DNA of 64,000 nucleotides from an uncultured Bacteroidales bacterium (lineage in GTDB: Bacteria; Bacteroidota; Bacteroidia; Bacteroidales; VadinHA17), in contig CAWBQN010000018.1 in assembly GCA_963791065.1 (NCBI GenBank), forward strand, positions 391,917 to 455,916, in the 5' to 3' direction. A program made the translations under genes and the position numbers. Below are positions 10,795 through 22,811 of this stretch, piece after piece; the stretch's first letter is position 1; every line of letters starts with the position of its first letter. A model generated the notes under the pieces. The model did not search any database, was not told the origin of the DNA, and saw nothing but the letters and a program-made list of their open reading frames with translations.

Positions 10795-10802
10795 TAACTT
10801 TG
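10795..10802 (+). promoter_or_regulatory. -7 promoter box TAacTTTG upstream of tatA
   Basis: Exact TAnnTTTG match, 38 nt upstream of ATG 10840. Confidence 0.45.
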
Positions 10803-10839
10803 CCAGGTCAATTAGGGGAAACATTTATTATAAATTGTT

Positions 10840-11286
10840 ATGAGCGGACCGGAAATATTTGTTATCATCATTGTTGCACTTCTTCTTTTTGGCGCAGAAA
10901 AACTTCCTGATATAGCAAAAACTATCGGGAAAGGGATGCGCGATTTTAAGAAAGCAACCGATGATATAAGGAGGGAGATTGAAACAAGCACCAGTGATTT
11001 TCGTAAAGATCTTACTGATGTTTCTGAATCAATAAAAACAGACGTAACCAGTTATTCAGAGAAGCTTAAAAGTGATATGAATGACGTCTCTCAATCCATT
11101 AAGAATGATATGAATGATGTTACGTCGGAAGCTCGTCAGAGCATGAACGATATGGCAACTGCTGTTAATAATGATACGCAGGAGATTAAGGATAACATTA
11201 AGAAAAATACCGAAGAACATAAAGATACAGTAAAAGAAGTAACACCTGATGTATCTAATGATTATTATAAAGAGGTAAAAGATTAA
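10840..11286 (+). CDS. tatA: TatA/E-family twin-arginine translocase subunit with an unusually long repetitive acidic C-terminal extension
   Basis: N-terminus [39 protein letters not shown] has a TM helix, the FG hinge and an amphipathic helix. It is followed by about 100 aa of D/S/K/N-rich sequence with reiterated xDMNDVxxxxK-like motifs. Confidence 0.8.
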   Translation: MSGPEIFVIIIVALLLFGAEKLPDIAKTIGKGMRDFKKATDDIRREIETSTSDFRKDLTDVSESIKTDVTSYSEKLKSDMNDVSQSIKNDMNDVTSEARQSMNDMATAVNNDTQEIKDNIKKNTEEHKDTVKEVTPDVSNDYYKEVKD

Positions 11287-11321
11287 TAACGGAAAAATGT
11301 TTCCGCTTCCTTCCTGAAACT

Positions 11322-11981
11322 ATGATCACAACTGCCGGAATCACCAAAGCATACGGTAACCTTAAGGTTCTCAAGGGAATCGATATCCGAATCATGGATA
11401 AGGAAGTAGTCTCAATAGTCGGTGCAAGCGGTGCGGGTAAGACGACTCTTTTACAGATAATCGGAACACTCGATCGCCCTGATGGCGGTACAATCTATTA
11501 TAACGATTCGGATATCAGCCGTCTGAAAGGAAGATCTCTCGCAGCATTTCGAAATAACAATATAGGATTTGTTTTTCAGTTTCATCAGCTTCTCCCTGAA
11601 TTTACTGCCCTGGAAAACGTTTGTATCCCGGCCTATATTGCCGGTAAAAGTAAGATCGAAGCCGAGAGCAGGGCCTCTGAGCTGCTGGGATTTCTTAACC
11701 TGACCGACCGCCTGGAACATAAGCCGTCGGAACTTAGTGGCGGCGAACAACAACGTGTAGCAGTAGCCAGAGCCCTGGTAAATAACCCGTCCGTTATTCT
11801 CGCAGATGAACCCTCAGGGAACCTTGATACTGAAAATAAGAATGAGCTTCATAAACTTTTCTTCAAGCTAAGGGATACCTTCGGGCAGACCATTGTAATA
11901 GTCACTCACGACCGCCAGCTCGCATCCATGTCTGACAGAGTATTACAGATCAAAGACGGACTCATCGTTAATGAGCTTTAA
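11322..11981 (+). CDS. ABC transporter ATP-binding protein, LolD/MacB-ATPase-like
   Basis: Walker [11 protein letters not shown]-loop, signature [15 protein letters not shown], Walker B ILADEP and H-loop VTHD. 219 aa. Confidence 0.85.
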   Translation: MITTAGITKAYGNLKVLKGIDIRIMDKEVVSIVGASGAGKTTLLQIIGTLDRPDGGTIYYNDSDISRLKGRSLAAFRNNNIGFVFQFHQLLPEFTALENVCIPAYIAGKSKIEAESRASELLGFLNLTDRLEHKPSELSGGEQQRVAVARALVNNPSVILADEPSGNLDTENKNELHKLFFKLRDTFGQTIVIVTHDRQLASMSDRVLQIKDGLIVNEL

Positions 11982-12225
11982 GCAAAGCCCTTCTGACCTG
12001 GATTTGTGGCAAGGATTACAATTCCGCGCCAGTCTAAAGTTCAGCTGCATTCTTATATCCGGAATGTAAAAACCAGTTTAAACAAAACCATCAAAATTCT
12101 GTTATATCGTTGGTATTAATATCAATTAGTGATATTATAATTAATTCCTCCATGCCTTTACTACCTGAACTCCTTCTGAAGCGACTTTGGAATTCTTCCA
12201 TCATTTAAAATAATATTACTGAATC

Positions 12226-13095
12226 ATGAAAACAATTATCATTCCCCTGGATTTCTCAGATGAGTCATTAACCGGTTTGGATTTATCATTGATGCTCGCA
12301 AAAAAAGCCGGAGCAAATATTCAATTGATTCATGTTATTGGAAAGAATACCGGTAATAATACTGAACTGATTGAAAAGGAGAGCCAGCTTGCAAAAACGA
12401 AATTTGAGAATATCCTTAAAAAATGCAGAGACAAAGGCAATATAAATTGTAATATGGATTACAATATTAAGGAAGGTCAGATATTTAAGGAAATAGCAGA
12501 CCTGGCAGAAAAGTACGAAGACCCGCTGACAGTGCTTTCTACTCATGGTGCTTCTGGTTTTGAAGAATTGTTTATTGGAGGCAATGCGTACAAAATCACC
12601 TCTCATTCTAGGAATCCTGTGATAACTGTCAGAAGAAGCAAGGTACCTTCGAATATTGATAATATTGTACTACCCCTGGATATTACTTTTCAGACCCGGG
12701 AAAAGGTCCCATATACTGTTGAGCTTGCAAAAGTTTTTAGTTCAAAAATCCATCTTCTGACTATACGACTTTCAAATTTAAAGAGCATTGAGAAGAAACT
12801 TCATCAATATGCCCAACAGGTGGCTTCTTACTTTGACACTCATAAAATTCCATATACCGTTGAACATCTTCAGGGCAAAAACCTTACTGATTTAACTCTC
12901 GATTATTCTCAATCAATCAATGCTGATCTGATTTCAATAATGACTGAGCAGGAGAAGAGTGCCTCTAATTTGCTGTTAGGCAACTTTGCGCATCAGATGA
13001 TAAACAAGGCCAATATTCCAGTATTATCATTTCCTAATTATCATTTACGGATAAACGCAGAAGATATCTGGAGTCTGGGAGCATTTAATGCCTGA
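12226..13095 (+). CDS. Universal stress protein, tandem USP domains
   Basis: 289-aa ORF with two USP-like halves (IIIPLDFSDES...VLSTHG...; VLPLDITF...). Confidence 0.7.
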   Translation: MKTIIIPLDFSDESLTGLDLSLMLAKKAGANIQLIHVIGKNTGNNTELIEKESQLAKTKFENILKKCRDKGNINCNMDYNIKEGQIFKEIADLAEKYEDPLTVLSTHGASGFEELFIGGNAYKITSHSRNPVITVRRSKVPSNIDNIVLPLDITFQTREKVPYTVELAKVFSSKIHLLTIRLSNLKSIEKKLHQYAQQVASYFDTHKIPYTVEHLQGKNLTDLTLDYSQSINADLISIMTEQEKSASNLLLGNFAHQMINKANIPVLSFPNYHLRINAEDIWSLGAFNA

Positions 13096-13173
13096 ATGCG
13101 CTTTTCGGACCGCTTAGGAAGGGTACCTATGAAAAATTTCTGTGATCAGAATATCTTTTAAATATATAATAGT

Positions 13174-13659
13174 ATGAAGACAAATAAAATGAAAAAAGTA
13201 TTAATAGCGCTGGACTATAATCCAACTGCACAAAAAGTGGCAGAAGTAGGTTTTTCAATGGCAAAATCCATGAATGCCGAAGTAATATTATTGCACGTAA
13301 TAACGGACCCTGTTTTCTACGCTTCAGCAGGATATTCGCCAATAATGGGCTTCAATGGCTATATCGACGTAGGTCCGGTACAATTGAATAATACAGATGG
13401 ATTGAAACAAGCATCACTGCAATTTCTTGATAAATCAAAACAACACCTTGGCGATAAGACAATTCAGACCCTCGTTAAAGAAGGTGATTTTGCTGATTCT
13501 ATTTTAGAAACTGCTAAAGAGGAAAGTGCAGATATTATTGTTGTTGGATCTCACAGCCGGAAATGGCTGGAAAACGTAGTAATGGGAAGTGTTACGGAAA
13601 AAGTTCTGCATCATACAACCATACCTCTTTTCATAGTTCCGACAAAGAAAAGTAATTAA
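13174..13659 (+). CDS. Universal stress protein UspA family (single domain)
   Basis: KKVLIALDYNPTAQKVAE...ADIIVVGSHSRKWLENVVMGSVTEKVLHHTTIPLFIV, with the ATP-binding G-2x-G-9x-GS motif. The true start could instead be ATG 13189. Confidence 0.8.
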   Translation: MKTNKMKKVLIALDYNPTAQKVAEVGFSMAKSMNAEVILLHVITDPVFYASAGYSPIMGFNGYIDVGPVQLNNTDGLKQASLQFLDKSKQHLGDKTIQTLVKEGDFADSILETAKEESADIIVVGSHSRKWLENVVMGSVTEKVLHHTTIPLFIVPTKKSN

Positions 13660-13772
13660 ACCGGTCCCAAAATGGTTTGCTGCATGACCTGATAAGTTGC
13701 ATCCAAAGTACCGGTCCCTTTCAGTCCCTTTTGATGCTTCTCTGATCATCTGGCAACAATAATTTTAATATC

Positions 13773-15199
13773 ATGGCAACAAAGAATTTAAATCTATATG
13801 AGATTGGAATGGTGGGTTTAGGGGTCATGGGACGCAATCTTTTATTAAACATGGCCGATCATGGTTTCTCAGTGGCTGGCTATGACAATGATCCCGACAA
13901 AGTCGAAGCCCTGAGAAAGGAAGCACAGAAAAGAGATATTTTTGCACAGGTATTCTTCAGGAGTTTATCTCAAGCCTTCGTTCGCCCCGTGCAATAATCC
14001 TGCTTGTTCCTGCAGGAGCGCCTGTAGATTCTGTCATAAATGAAATGCTGGCATATCTTCAGAAGGAAGATCTTATAATTGATTCAGGCAACTCATATTT
14101 TAAAGACACCAACCTGCGCACCCTCAGGTTAAAAGAAAAAGGAATTCTTTATATGGGAATGGGAATATCCGGGGGAGAGGAAGGTGCCAGGCTCGGCGCA
14201 AGTATTATGCCTGGCGGCCTGAAAGAAGCTTATGAAAGAGTAAAACCGATCCTTGAAGCTGTTGCCGCCAGAGTGAATGGTGAACCTTGCGTTACATATT
14301 TAGGACCCTTATCGTCAGGCCATTTTGTTAAGATGGTGCATAATGGCATTGAATATGGTTTGATGCAGCTGATCTCCGAGACATATGCACTGATGAAGCT
14401 TGTACTTGGTTATTCAGATGATCAACTGAAAACTGTTTACAGTGAATGGAATAATAGTGAATTGAATGGTTTTCTCATAGAAATAACCGGCAATATATTC
14501 GGTAAGGCAGATGAGAGAACAGGCAAGCGGCTGATTGATGAAATTCTTGATGTAGCCCGGCAAAAGGGTACTGGCATGTGGACTTCACAAAGCGCTATGG
14601 AACTGCAGGTGCCGGTTCCGACAATCGATATTGCTGTTGCTATGCGCGACTTATCGGTATTTGAAGAACAACGCCGGATGGCAGACAAAATATTCAGGCA
14701 TCAGGAAATAAATTTCACAGGCAATAGTGAACTGTTCCTGTCACAGTTGCGTAATGCATATTATGTATCGGCGATGACTGCTTATGCACAAGGGTTTGCT
14801 CTTCTCACTGCAGCTTCAGATAAATACGGATATCATCTCGATAATGAAGCAGTGGCCCGGATATGGCGTGGCGGTTGCATCATTCGGGCAGCTGTACTTG
14901 AAGATATCCAGGCAGCTTTCCATGCAAAACCGGGCCTGCTGAATTTGCTGCTCGATACGAACATCTCTGAAAAAGTTAAAAAGAACCTGGAGGATCTGCG
15001 TCAGATCGTTTGCCAGGCTGGAACCATGGGCATCCCCATACCCGCTATTATGGCTTCCCTCGGGTATATCGATGCATATCGCAGTTCGTGGCTTCCTGCA
15101 AATCTTATCCAGGCGCAACGCGATTATTTCGGAGCTCATACATACGAACGTATAGACGCTAAAGGAACATATCACACAGAATGGCTTAAAGGATCATGA
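13773..15199 (+). pseudogene. gnd: 6-phosphogluconate dehydrogenase (decarboxylating), frame broken once (-1) at a T5 run 13939-13943
   Basis: Fragment 13773..13997 has the Rossmann N-terminus IGMVGLGVMGRNLLLNMADHGF. The continuation GILQEFISSLRSPRAIILLVPAGAPVDSVI is in frame 2 and joins track ORF 14045..15199 (IDSGNS, GISGGEEGAR, VKMVHNGIEYG). Confidence 0.85.
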
Positions 15200-16713
15200 T
15201 GAAAACAAATACAAAGCTTAAACCAACAATCTTTGCAATTTTTGGAGGATCAGGCGATCTTACCTGGAGAAAACTGGTGCCATCTCTTTTTGACCTGTAC
15301 CAGGACTTGAGCATGCCTCTGAATTTTTCAATAATAGCTCTCGACAGGATAAAACTCACCGATAAGGAATTGCATAAACGTTTCCGGGACGGCATTAAAA
15401 AATTTTCAAGAAAAGGGAAAGTCAATGATAAAGTCTGGTCGAAATTTACCCGGCATATTTATTATAGACAGGGAGATTTTACAAAACCCGGAATTTATAC
15501 ATTATTAAAAGAGCAATGCGCTTACCTGGAAAAAGAGTGGAACGCAAGAGCTCAGCTCATTTTTTACATGGCAACACCGCCTGTGATGTTTGGAGAAATT
15601 CCGAAACATCTGAAGGTAGCCGGACTTGCCGACGATCGGGATCGGGCACGTATTGTGATAGAAAAACCAATCGGACACGACATCGGATCAGCTCTGAAAC
15701 TGAATAAGATTCTTACTGATAGTTTCAGGGAATCTCAGATCTTCAGAATTGATCATTACCTGGGTAAAGAGACTGTGCAGAATATTCTTGCGTTTCGTTT
15801 TGCCAACCCGCTCTTTGAACCCCTTTGGAATAGACGGTATGTTGATTATGTGACCATTACGGTTGCTGAAGATCTGGGTGTGGAGCATCGTGGAGAGTAT
15901 TACGAGAAAGCAGGAGCACTAAGAGATATGGTGCAGAATCATTTGATGCAATTATTGTGCCTGGTAGCTATGGAACCCATGGTCTCGTTTGACGCTGATG
16001 AAATACGTAACAAGAAAGTGGATGTTCTTCATGCGGTGCGGCCAATACCGAAAAATATGGCAGATCAGTTCGTAATTCGCGGCCAATATGGAAAGGGTTC
16101 AGCCGGAGGCAAAAAAGTATGTGGCTATCGCAAGGAAAGCGGTGTGTCACCTGATTCTCTGACCGAGACATTTGTCGCACTCAAACTGTTCGTTGATAAC
16201 TGGCGTTGGCAGGATGTGCCTTTTTATCTTCGAACCGGGAAGCGCCTTCCACGACAGACATCGGAAGTTACAATACAATTCCGGGCAGTACCCCATAAGT
16301 CTTTTCCTTCTGAAGCGACTCTCGATTGGCAATCTTCCAGCCTGATAATGTCTATTCAGCCCGACGAAGGTATTGAACTGCGTTTTCAGGCAAAGCAACC
16401 GGGGACCCGGTTATTGTTAAAACCAGTGACAATGCAGTTTAATTACCAGGAAAGCTTTTCATTACCTATACCCGAGGCTTATGAAACATTACTCTGGGAC
16501 GTTATGAAAAACGATGCCACTCTTTTTATGCGTGCTGATCAGGTTGAAGCAGCCTGGAAAATAATAATGCCGATACTTGACACCTGGCAGAAAAAGCATC
16601 CTGTTGATTTCCCAAATTATGCAGCTGGTACCTGGGGACCTAAAGAAGCTTATGGGTTCTTCAAAGATGGACATCATTGGCCATCACAAATAGAATTATC
16701 TGGAAAAAAATGA
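15196..16713 (+). CDS. zwf: Glucose-6-phosphate 1-dehydrogenase
   Basis: [17 protein letters not shown] site, RIDHYLGKE active-site motif and EKPIG. The start overlaps the gnd stop. Confidence 0.9.
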   Translation: MMKTNTKLKPTIFAIFGGSGDLTWRKLVPSLFDLYQDLSMPLNFSIIALDRIKLTDKELHKRFRDGIKKFSRKGKVNDKVWSKFTRHIYYRQGDFTKPGIYTLLKEQCAYLEKEWNARAQLIFYMATPPVMFGEIPKHLKVAGLADDRDRARIVIEKPIGHDIGSALKLNKILTDSFRESQIFRIDHYLGKETVQNILAFRFANPLFEPLWNRRYVDYVTITVAEDLGVEHRGEYYEKAGALRDMVQNHLMQLLCLVAMEPMVSFDADEIRNKKVDVLHAVRPIPKNMADQFVIRGQYGKGSAGGKKVCGYRKESGVSPDSLTETFVALKLFVDNWRWQDVPFYLRTGKRLPRQTSEVTIQFRAVPHKSFPSEATLDWQSSSLIMSIQPDEGIELRFQAKQPGTRLLLKPVTMQFNYQESFSLPIPEAYETLLWDVMKNDATLFMRADQVEAAWKIIMPILDTWQKKHPVDFPNYAAGTWGPKEAYGFFKDGHHWPSQIELSGKK

Positions 16714-17333
16714 AAAAGCCAGTTCCGGTCTCAACATTATTTTTGGATATTGGTGGTGTGATGCTGTCCAATGGATGGGGACATGAGTCGCGAAGAGCAG
16801 CTGCGAAGGTTTTTAATCTGGACTTTGATGATATGGAGGAACGTCATCATCTCACTTTCGTTACCTACGAAGAGGGAAAGCTCACAATGAGTGAATATCT
16901 TGACCGGATTGTGTTTTACCGGAAGCGTGATTTCACACCCGTTCAATTCCGTGATTTTATGTTTGCCCAGTCCACTCCTTTTGTTGAGATGATTGAGTTT
17001 ATACAAAAGCTGAAAGAACAAAACCGTTTGAAAATTGCAGTTGTCAACAACGAAGCTCGGGAGTTGAATGTATACAGGATAAAGAAATTTCATTTGAACC
17101 GGTTTGTCGACTTTTACATCTCTTCCTGTTTTGTTCATTTTCGCAAACCCGATGCCGATATATTCCGTATTGCCCTGGATATTGCCCAGGTGCCGGCTAA
17201 ACAAGTTGTATTTATTGAAAATACTCAGATGTTCGTCGATGTTGCCCGGGATTTAGGGATAAGAAGTATTCATCATAAAGATTATTTATCGACGTCCTCA
17301 GAACTGGCCTCCATGGGGCTGTTAACCGGATAA
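16710..17333 (+). CDS. HAD-superfamily hydrolase (subfamily IA-like)
   Basis: [18 protein letters not shown] has the DxG motif I variant. ATG 16710 overlaps the zwf TGA (ATGA). There is a C-terminal FIENT...D motif. Confidence 0.65.
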   Translation: MKKPVPVSTLFLDIGGVMLSNGWGHESRRAAAKVFNLDFDDMEERHHLTFVTYEEGKLTMSEYLDRIVFYRKRDFTPVQFRDFMFAQSTPFVEMIEFIQKLKEQNRLKIAVVNNEARELNVYRIKKFHLNRFVDFYISSCFVHFRKPDADIFRIALDIAQVPAKQVVFIENTQMFVDVARDLGIRSIHHKDYLSTSSELASMGLLTG

Positions 17334-17344
17334 AATATTAAGAA

Positions 17345-19720
17345 ATGAAACAGAAAAATCCACTTTCACAGGAACTTCTGGGAAAAATGAATGCTTACTG
17401 GCGGGCCGCCAACTATCTGTCGGTCGGCCAGCTCTACCTCTGTCATAATCCTTTGCTCCGGGAACCGCTGAAACTTGCGCATGTGAAAAAGATGCTGCTC
17501 GGACACTGGGGCACCACACCCGGGCAGAACTTTATTTATGTGCATTTGAACCGGATCATTAAGAAGTATAACCTCGATATGTTCTACATTGCAGGTCCCG
17601 GCCATGGAGGCCCTGCACTGGTGGGTAACACTTACCTCGAAGGCACTTACAGTGAAATTTATCCGGATATCAGCCAGGACGAAGAAGGTCTGAAAAAGCT
17701 GTTCACTCAATTCTCGTTTCCGGGTGGAATTCCAAGCCACGTTTCACCGGAATGTCCGGGATCGATCCATGAAGGCGGAGAACTGGGCTATTCACTCAGC
17801 CATGCTTTTGGAGCTGTATTCGATAATCCGGGACTGATCGTTGCGTGCATTATCGGTGACGGCGAAGCTGAAACCGGACCATTGGCAACGGCATGGCACT
17901 CCAATAAATTCCTGAATCCGGTTACCGACGGAGCTGTATTGCCGATCCTGCATCTGAATGAATATAAAATAGCAAACCCGACCATTCTGGCACGTATCAG
18001 CCATGACGAGCTTGATCAACTGCTCCGTGGCTATGGCTGGATTCCTTACTATGTGGAAGGCGATGATCCGGAAATGATGCATCAACTTATGGCCGGCACC
18101 TTAGAAAAGGCCATCGAGAGCATACAAAAAATACAAAATAGTGCACGCGACAAAAACAATGTCACCAGACCATACTGGCCGATGATCGTCTTCAACTCAC
18201 CCAAGGGTTGGACCGGACCAAAAGTAGTTGACGGGTTGCAAATCGAAGGTACTTTCCGGGCACATCAGATCCCATTACTGGTAGATTCCGGACATCCCGG
18301 CCACCTGAAGCTGCTTGAAGACTGGATGAAGAGCTATAAGCCCGAAGAACTCTTCGATGAAAGCGGCCGTCTTTTGCCGGAACTGGCTGAGCTGGCACCT
18401 GAAGGTGAACGAAGAATGGGCGCCAATCCTCATGCCAACGGCGGATTATTGCTGCACGATTTGATTATGCCCGACTTTCACAACTATTCGGTGGATGTGC
18501 CGGCGCCAGGATCAGTCAATGTTGCTGACACCCATGTACTCGGCGAGTTCCTTCGCGATGTGATTAAACTTAACCGGAAGCAACGTAACTTCCGGATATT
18601 TGGTCCTGACGAAACGCTCTCCAACCGGTTGAATGCCGTTTTTGAGACAACTAACCGGCAGTGGGAAGCCCTGACGAAGGATAATGATGAGTTCCTTGCA
18701 TCAGATGGTCGGGTTATAGAGATGCTGAGTGAACATCAATGTGAAGGTTGGCTTGAGGGATATCTGCTTACCGGAAGGCACGGGTTGTTTAATTGCTACG
18801 AGGCGTTTATTCATATAATCGATTCGATGTTCAACCAGCACGCGAAGTGGCTTAAGGTTACTGCAGGATTGCCCTGGAGGCGGAAAATTGCTTCACTGAA
18901 TTACCTGCTTGCCTCCCATGTCTGGCAGCAGGCTCATAACGGGTTTACTCATCAGGACCCGGGATTTATCGATAATGTGGTAAACAAGAAAGCCTCAATA
19001 GTACGTGTGTACCTTCCTCCCGATGCTAACTGTCTGCTGTCGGTATGGGATCATTGTCTGAGGAGCCGGCATTATGTCAATGTTGTCATTGCAGGCAAAT
19101 ATGAGGCACCTCAATGGTTGACCATGGATGCTGCGATTGAACATTGTACCAGAGGGATTGGGATATGGCAATGGGCCAGCAGTGATCAGGGCAAGGAACC
19201 GGACGTAGTGATGGCATGTTGTGGCGATGTACCTACCCTCGAAACTCTGGCTGCTGTTTCCATCCTCCGTGAATATCTTCCCGATCTGAAAATCCGGGTG
19301 ATCAATGTTGTGGATCTGATGAAGCTGGAACCCGAAACGGAACATCCACACGGGTTGAGCGATCAGGATTTTGATGCTCTGTTCACCAGGGATAAACCGA
19401 TTGTCTTCGCTTTCCACGGATATCCATGGCTGGTGCACCGGCTGACATACCGCCGGACCAACCATGAAAACATGCATGTCAGAGGGTACAAGGAAGAAGG
19501 TACGATTACGACGTACTTCGACATGACTGTTTTAAATGATCTCGACAGATTTCACCTTGTACAGGATGTGATAAACCGGCTTCCCAAATTGGGTGAAAGC
19601 GGCGCAGCGCTGAAGAAGATTGTACAGGATAAACTCATTGAACATAAGCAATATATAAACAAGAATGGTATAGACATGCCGGAAATTCTCAACTGGAAAT
19701 GGAAAGAGGGAAAAAAGTAG
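17345..19720 (+). CDS. xfp: Xylulose-5-phosphate/fructose-6-phosphate phosphoketolase
   Basis: 791-aa ORF with hallmark segments [34 protein letters not shown] and [11 protein letters not shown] (ThDP binding). Confidence 0.9.
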   Translation: MKQKNPLSQELLGKMNAYWRAANYLSVGQLYLCHNPLLREPLKLAHVKKMLLGHWGTTPGQNFIYVHLNRIIKKYNLDMFYIAGPGHGGPALVGNTYLEGTYSEIYPDISQDEEGLKKLFTQFSFPGGIPSHVSPECPGSIHEGGELGYSLSHAFGAVFDNPGLIVACIIGDGEAETGPLATAWHSNKFLNPVTDGAVLPILHLNEYKIANPTILARISHDELDQLLRGYGWIPYYVEGDDPEMMHQLMAGTLEKAIESIQKIQNSARDKNNVTRPYWPMIVFNSPKGWTGPKVVDGLQIEGTFRAHQIPLLVDSGHPGHLKLLEDWMKSYKPEELFDESGRLLPELAELAPEGERRMGANPHANGGLLLHDLIMPDFHNYSVDVPAPGSVNVADTHVLGEFLRDVIKLNRKQRNFRIFGPDETLSNRLNAVFETTNRQWEALTKDNDEFLASDGRVIEMLSEHQCEGWLEGYLLTGRHGLFNCYEAFIHIIDSMFNQHAKWLKVTAGLPWRRKIASLNYLLASHVWQQAHNGFTHQDPGFIDNVVNKKASIVRVYLPPDANCLLSVWDHCLRSRHYVNVVIAGKYEAPQWLTMDAAIEHCTRGIGIWQWASSDQGKEPDVVMACCGDVPTLETLAAVSILREYLPDLKIRVINVVDLMKLEPETEHPHGLSDQDFDALFTRDKPIVFAFHGYPWLVHRLTYRRTNHENMHVRGYKEEGTITTYFDMTVLNDLDRFHLVQDVINRLPKLGESGAALKKIVQDKLIEHKQYINKNGIDMPEILNWKWKEGKK

Positions 19721-19752
19721 AAAAGGAAAGTACCGGGCGCCGGAAAGAAAAG

Positions 19753-20212
19753 ATGCGCATTGGCATTGCTGCCGACCATGGAGGATTTGAGTTGAAAGAG
19801 CTGGTGAAAGCAGCTCTTGATTCCGCCGGTTATGAAGTGAAAGATTTCGGAGCCCATAAGCTGGTCACTCGGAGATGACTATCCTGATTATGTTGTGCCT
19901 CTGGCCAGAGCTGTAGCTAAGGGTGAGATCACCAGAGGCGTAGCCATCTGCGCTAGTGGAGTAGGGGCATGCGTTGCGGCAAATAAGGTGCCCGGTGTAC
20001 GTGCGGCATTGATCACGGATTTCTTCTCCGCGCATCAGGGGGTGGAAGACGACGACATGAATGTTCTTTGTTTGGGAGGACATGTCACAGGATCTGCCCT
20101 CTCTCTTGATTTAGTCGATGCTTTTCTGAACGCCCGTTTCGTTGGAGCTGAAAGATTCAGTCGCCGTCTTGCAAAAGTGGCAGCATTGGAAAAGGATATG
20201 AAATCATTGTAA
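19753..20212 (+). pseudogene. rpiB: Ribose-5-phosphate isomerase B (RpiB/LacAB family), frame broken once (+1) near GG 19871-19872
   Basis: MRIGIAADHGGFELKELVKAALDSAGYEVKDFGAHKLV stops at TGA 19876. The next frame continues DDYPDYVVPLARAVAKGEITRGVAICASGVGACVAANKVPGVRAAL (track ORF 19895..20212). Confidence 0.8.
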
Positions 20213-20300
20213 TGCAAAATCAGGTTTGAATAAGGTGGCAGGAACACATGAATGACCGTGTGAAATTGCTTGCTTATCGGATATGCCTGTCATAAAATAA

Positions 20301-21170
20301 ATGAAAATGAAAATAAAATCAAAAGATTTCAGGGTACGTCCCGGCGAAAAGATCAAAATCAATGAGTGGCCTACGATTGTGAATCCTTTTTTTAAGTCCG
20401 GGAAGAAATATAAAAAACTGCTGGAAAGACATGTTGAGGAGTTGGACTCACTACAGCGCCTTCTTTATGCTTCAAACCGTTATGCCTTACTTCTGATTCT
20501 TCAGGGGATGGATGCTGCCGGCAAGGATGGCATAATCCGGCATGTCACGTCAGGAATAAATCCACAGGGCTGCCAGGTATTCAGTTTCAAACAACCGAGT
20601 GCGGAGGAACTGGAGCACGATTTCCTTTGGCGTACCACTTACCGGTTACCGGAACGGGGAAAGATAGGCATCTTCAACCGTTCCTACTATGAGGAAGTGC
20701 TTATAGTTCGTGTGCATCCTGAGATTCTCAGTGCTCAGGGACTTCCTGATGAATTCCTCAACAGGAAGACCTTCTGGAAGGATCGGTATCGTTCCATCAC
20801 AGAACTGGAGGAGCATCTGTATCGTAATGGTACAAGGATCATCAAAGTCTTCCTCCACCTGTCAAAAGAAGAGCAGAGAATTCGTTTTCTCGAACGGATT
20901 GATGATCCGGACAAAAACTGGAAATTCAACATCTCCGATATCCATGAGAGGAAATACTGGGATGATTATATGAAAGCTTATGAGGCTTGTCTGAATGCGA
21001 CAAGTACTGACCTTGCTCCATGGTACATAGTTCCTGCCGATGATAAGGAAAATGCACGGCTTATTGTTTCACAGATTTTCCTTGATACACTTAATGAACT
21101 TAAACTGGAATATCCTGAAATAACCGGTGAACAACGGAAGGAATTGGAATCAGCGAGGGAACAGCTCTGA
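20301..21170 (+). CDS. ppk2: Polyphosphate kinase 2 family protein (polyphosphate:nucleotide phosphotransferase)
   Basis: Walker A-like [14 protein letters not shown], then FLWR...[14 protein letters not shown] and the lid region. 289 aa. Confidence 0.8.
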   Translation: MKMKIKSKDFRVRPGEKIKINEWPTIVNPFFKSGKKYKKLLERHVEELDSLQRLLYASNRYALLLILQGMDAAGKDGIIRHVTSGINPQGCQVFSFKQPSAEELEHDFLWRTTYRLPERGKIGIFNRSYYEEVLIVRVHPEILSAQGLPDEFLNRKTFWKDRYRSITELEEHLYRNGTRIIKVFLHLSKEEQRIRFLERIDDPDKNWKFNISDIHERKYWDDYMKAYEACLNATSTDLAPWYIVPADDKENARLIVSQIFLDTLNELKLEYPEITGEQRKELESAREQL

Positions 21171-21227
21171 ATTTAGTATCGATAGCGCCGGGGAAACTTA
21201 AATTGTTTTAATTATTAAATAATACAC

Positions 21228-22550
21228 ATGATGAAAAATAAACTTATCCTATTTTTTTTCATTGTTTCTGGTGTGTTGAAGGCACAACAGGAGCCTTTGC
21301 ATTATTTTCGTCCAAATAATAAAATGGGCGTAAATATTTACGAAACCACTAAAATTGATACAATTCCATTTTCAGGATTTGCAGTAAGAGTCGGAGGCAA
21401 TTTTACACAGGATTTTCAGGGACTCAAGCATCAAAATAGTGCAGTGCCTGTTTATGATGTTAATGGTGTTAACACCAATCAACTGGTTTCAATTACGCAT
21501 GGATTCAACCGTGCCATGGCTAATCTGAATATTGATGCCCAATTGGCTGATGGCATCAGGATGAACCTTACGATGTATTTATCAACCCGGCATCACGAGG
21601 AAACATGGGTAAAAGGTGGTTATATTCAATTTGATAAACTGCCTTTTATTAAAAGCGATTTAATTGATAACATCATGAAAAGCCTTACTATTAAGATGGG
21701 AGATTACGAAGTGGATTACGGGGATCAGCATTTCAGGAGAAGTGACGGAGGGAATGCTATTAACAATCCCTTCATAGAAAATTATATTATGGACGAGTTT
21801 GCAACGGAAATCGGCGGCGAGGTTTACTATCATCCTTTAAATGGAATAATTGCCATGATTGGAATGACCAATGGTGAACTCAATCCTACAATTCTCTCAT
21901 CATCTCAAATTGATACCGCCACCGGCAAATTGAACAGATTCGCTCCGGCATTTCATGGCAAACTGGGATATGACAGACAGCTTAATAAAGATTTAAGATT
22001 TAGGATCACAGGCTCCTTTTATGTTGATAAAAGCGCTGCAAGCAATACACTATTTTTTGGGGACAGAACAGGTTCCCGTTATTTCTATGTTATGGAGAAC
22101 ACCACTGCCACAGCGAATGCCAATGCCTGGTCAGGCAGATACAATCCTCAGTTCAGCGAACAGGTGACTACTTTTATGCTAAATCCATTCATTAAGTATA
22201 AAGGTCTGGAGTTATTTGGTACTTATGAAATGGCAAAAGGAAGAATGATCACTGAAGTGGATATGCGGACAGCAAAACAGTATGCAGTTGATTTAATTTA
22301 CAGGTTTCCGCAGCAAAAAGAAAATTTTTGGATTGGAGGTCGCTTCAATTCTCTAGTGGCTTCACTGCCATTAAGTCCGGGTGATATAACGATTAATCGC
22401 ACAGCAGGTTCGTTGGGATGGTTTGTAACAAAAAATTTGATGTTGAAAGCTGAATACGTCAGCCAATTTTATAAAAACTTTAAATCCACAGATATCCGTT
22501 CAGGAGGAAAATTTGATGGTTTTATGATTGAAGCCTCCATCGGTTTCTGA
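21228..22550 (+). CDS. Outer-membrane beta-barrel (porin-like) protein, function unknown
   Basis: Signal peptide MMKNKLILFFFIVSGVLKAQ, alternating-hydrophobicity strands, and a C-terminal ...MIEASIGF ending in Phe as in OMP beta-barrels. Confidence 0.5.
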   Translation: MMKNKLILFFFIVSGVLKAQQEPLHYFRPNNKMGVNIYETTKIDTIPFSGFAVRVGGNFTQDFQGLKHQNSAVPVYDVNGVNTNQLVSITHGFNRAMANLNIDAQLADGIRMNLTMYLSTRHHEETWVKGGYIQFDKLPFIKSDLIDNIMKSLTIKMGDYEVDYGDQHFRRSDGGNAINNPFIENYIMDEFATEIGGEVYYHPLNGIIAMIGMTNGELNPTILSSSQIDTATGKLNRFAPAFHGKLGYDRQLNKDLRFRITGSFYVDKSAASNTLFFGDRTGSRYFYVMENTTATANANAWSGRYNPQFSEQVTTFMLNPFIKYKGLELFGTYEMAKGRMITEVDMRTAKQYAVDLIYRFPQQKENFWIGGRFNSLVASLPLSPGDITINRTAGSLGWFVTKNLMLKAEYVSQFYKNFKSTDIRSGGKFDGFMIEASIGF

Positions 22551-22811
22551 CTGTAAATTTTTAGATTATGGATCGTAATCTTATTCAGATACCACACAAT
22601 TATTTTGTAGCTCGCACATACGAATGTATTGATTCAATCGGAACAGTAGCGCTCTAAAATATGTGAATAATACAACTTTTATTAAATTTTTTGTAATGCT
22701 CAACCGGTTATCTGTTCTTAACTTTAGAACCGGACCTGTGCTGTTAGATATGACGGGGTAAAACAGGAGGGTGACTAATTTTTTTCTGTAGTTAGTTAAT
22801 ATAAAATCATT

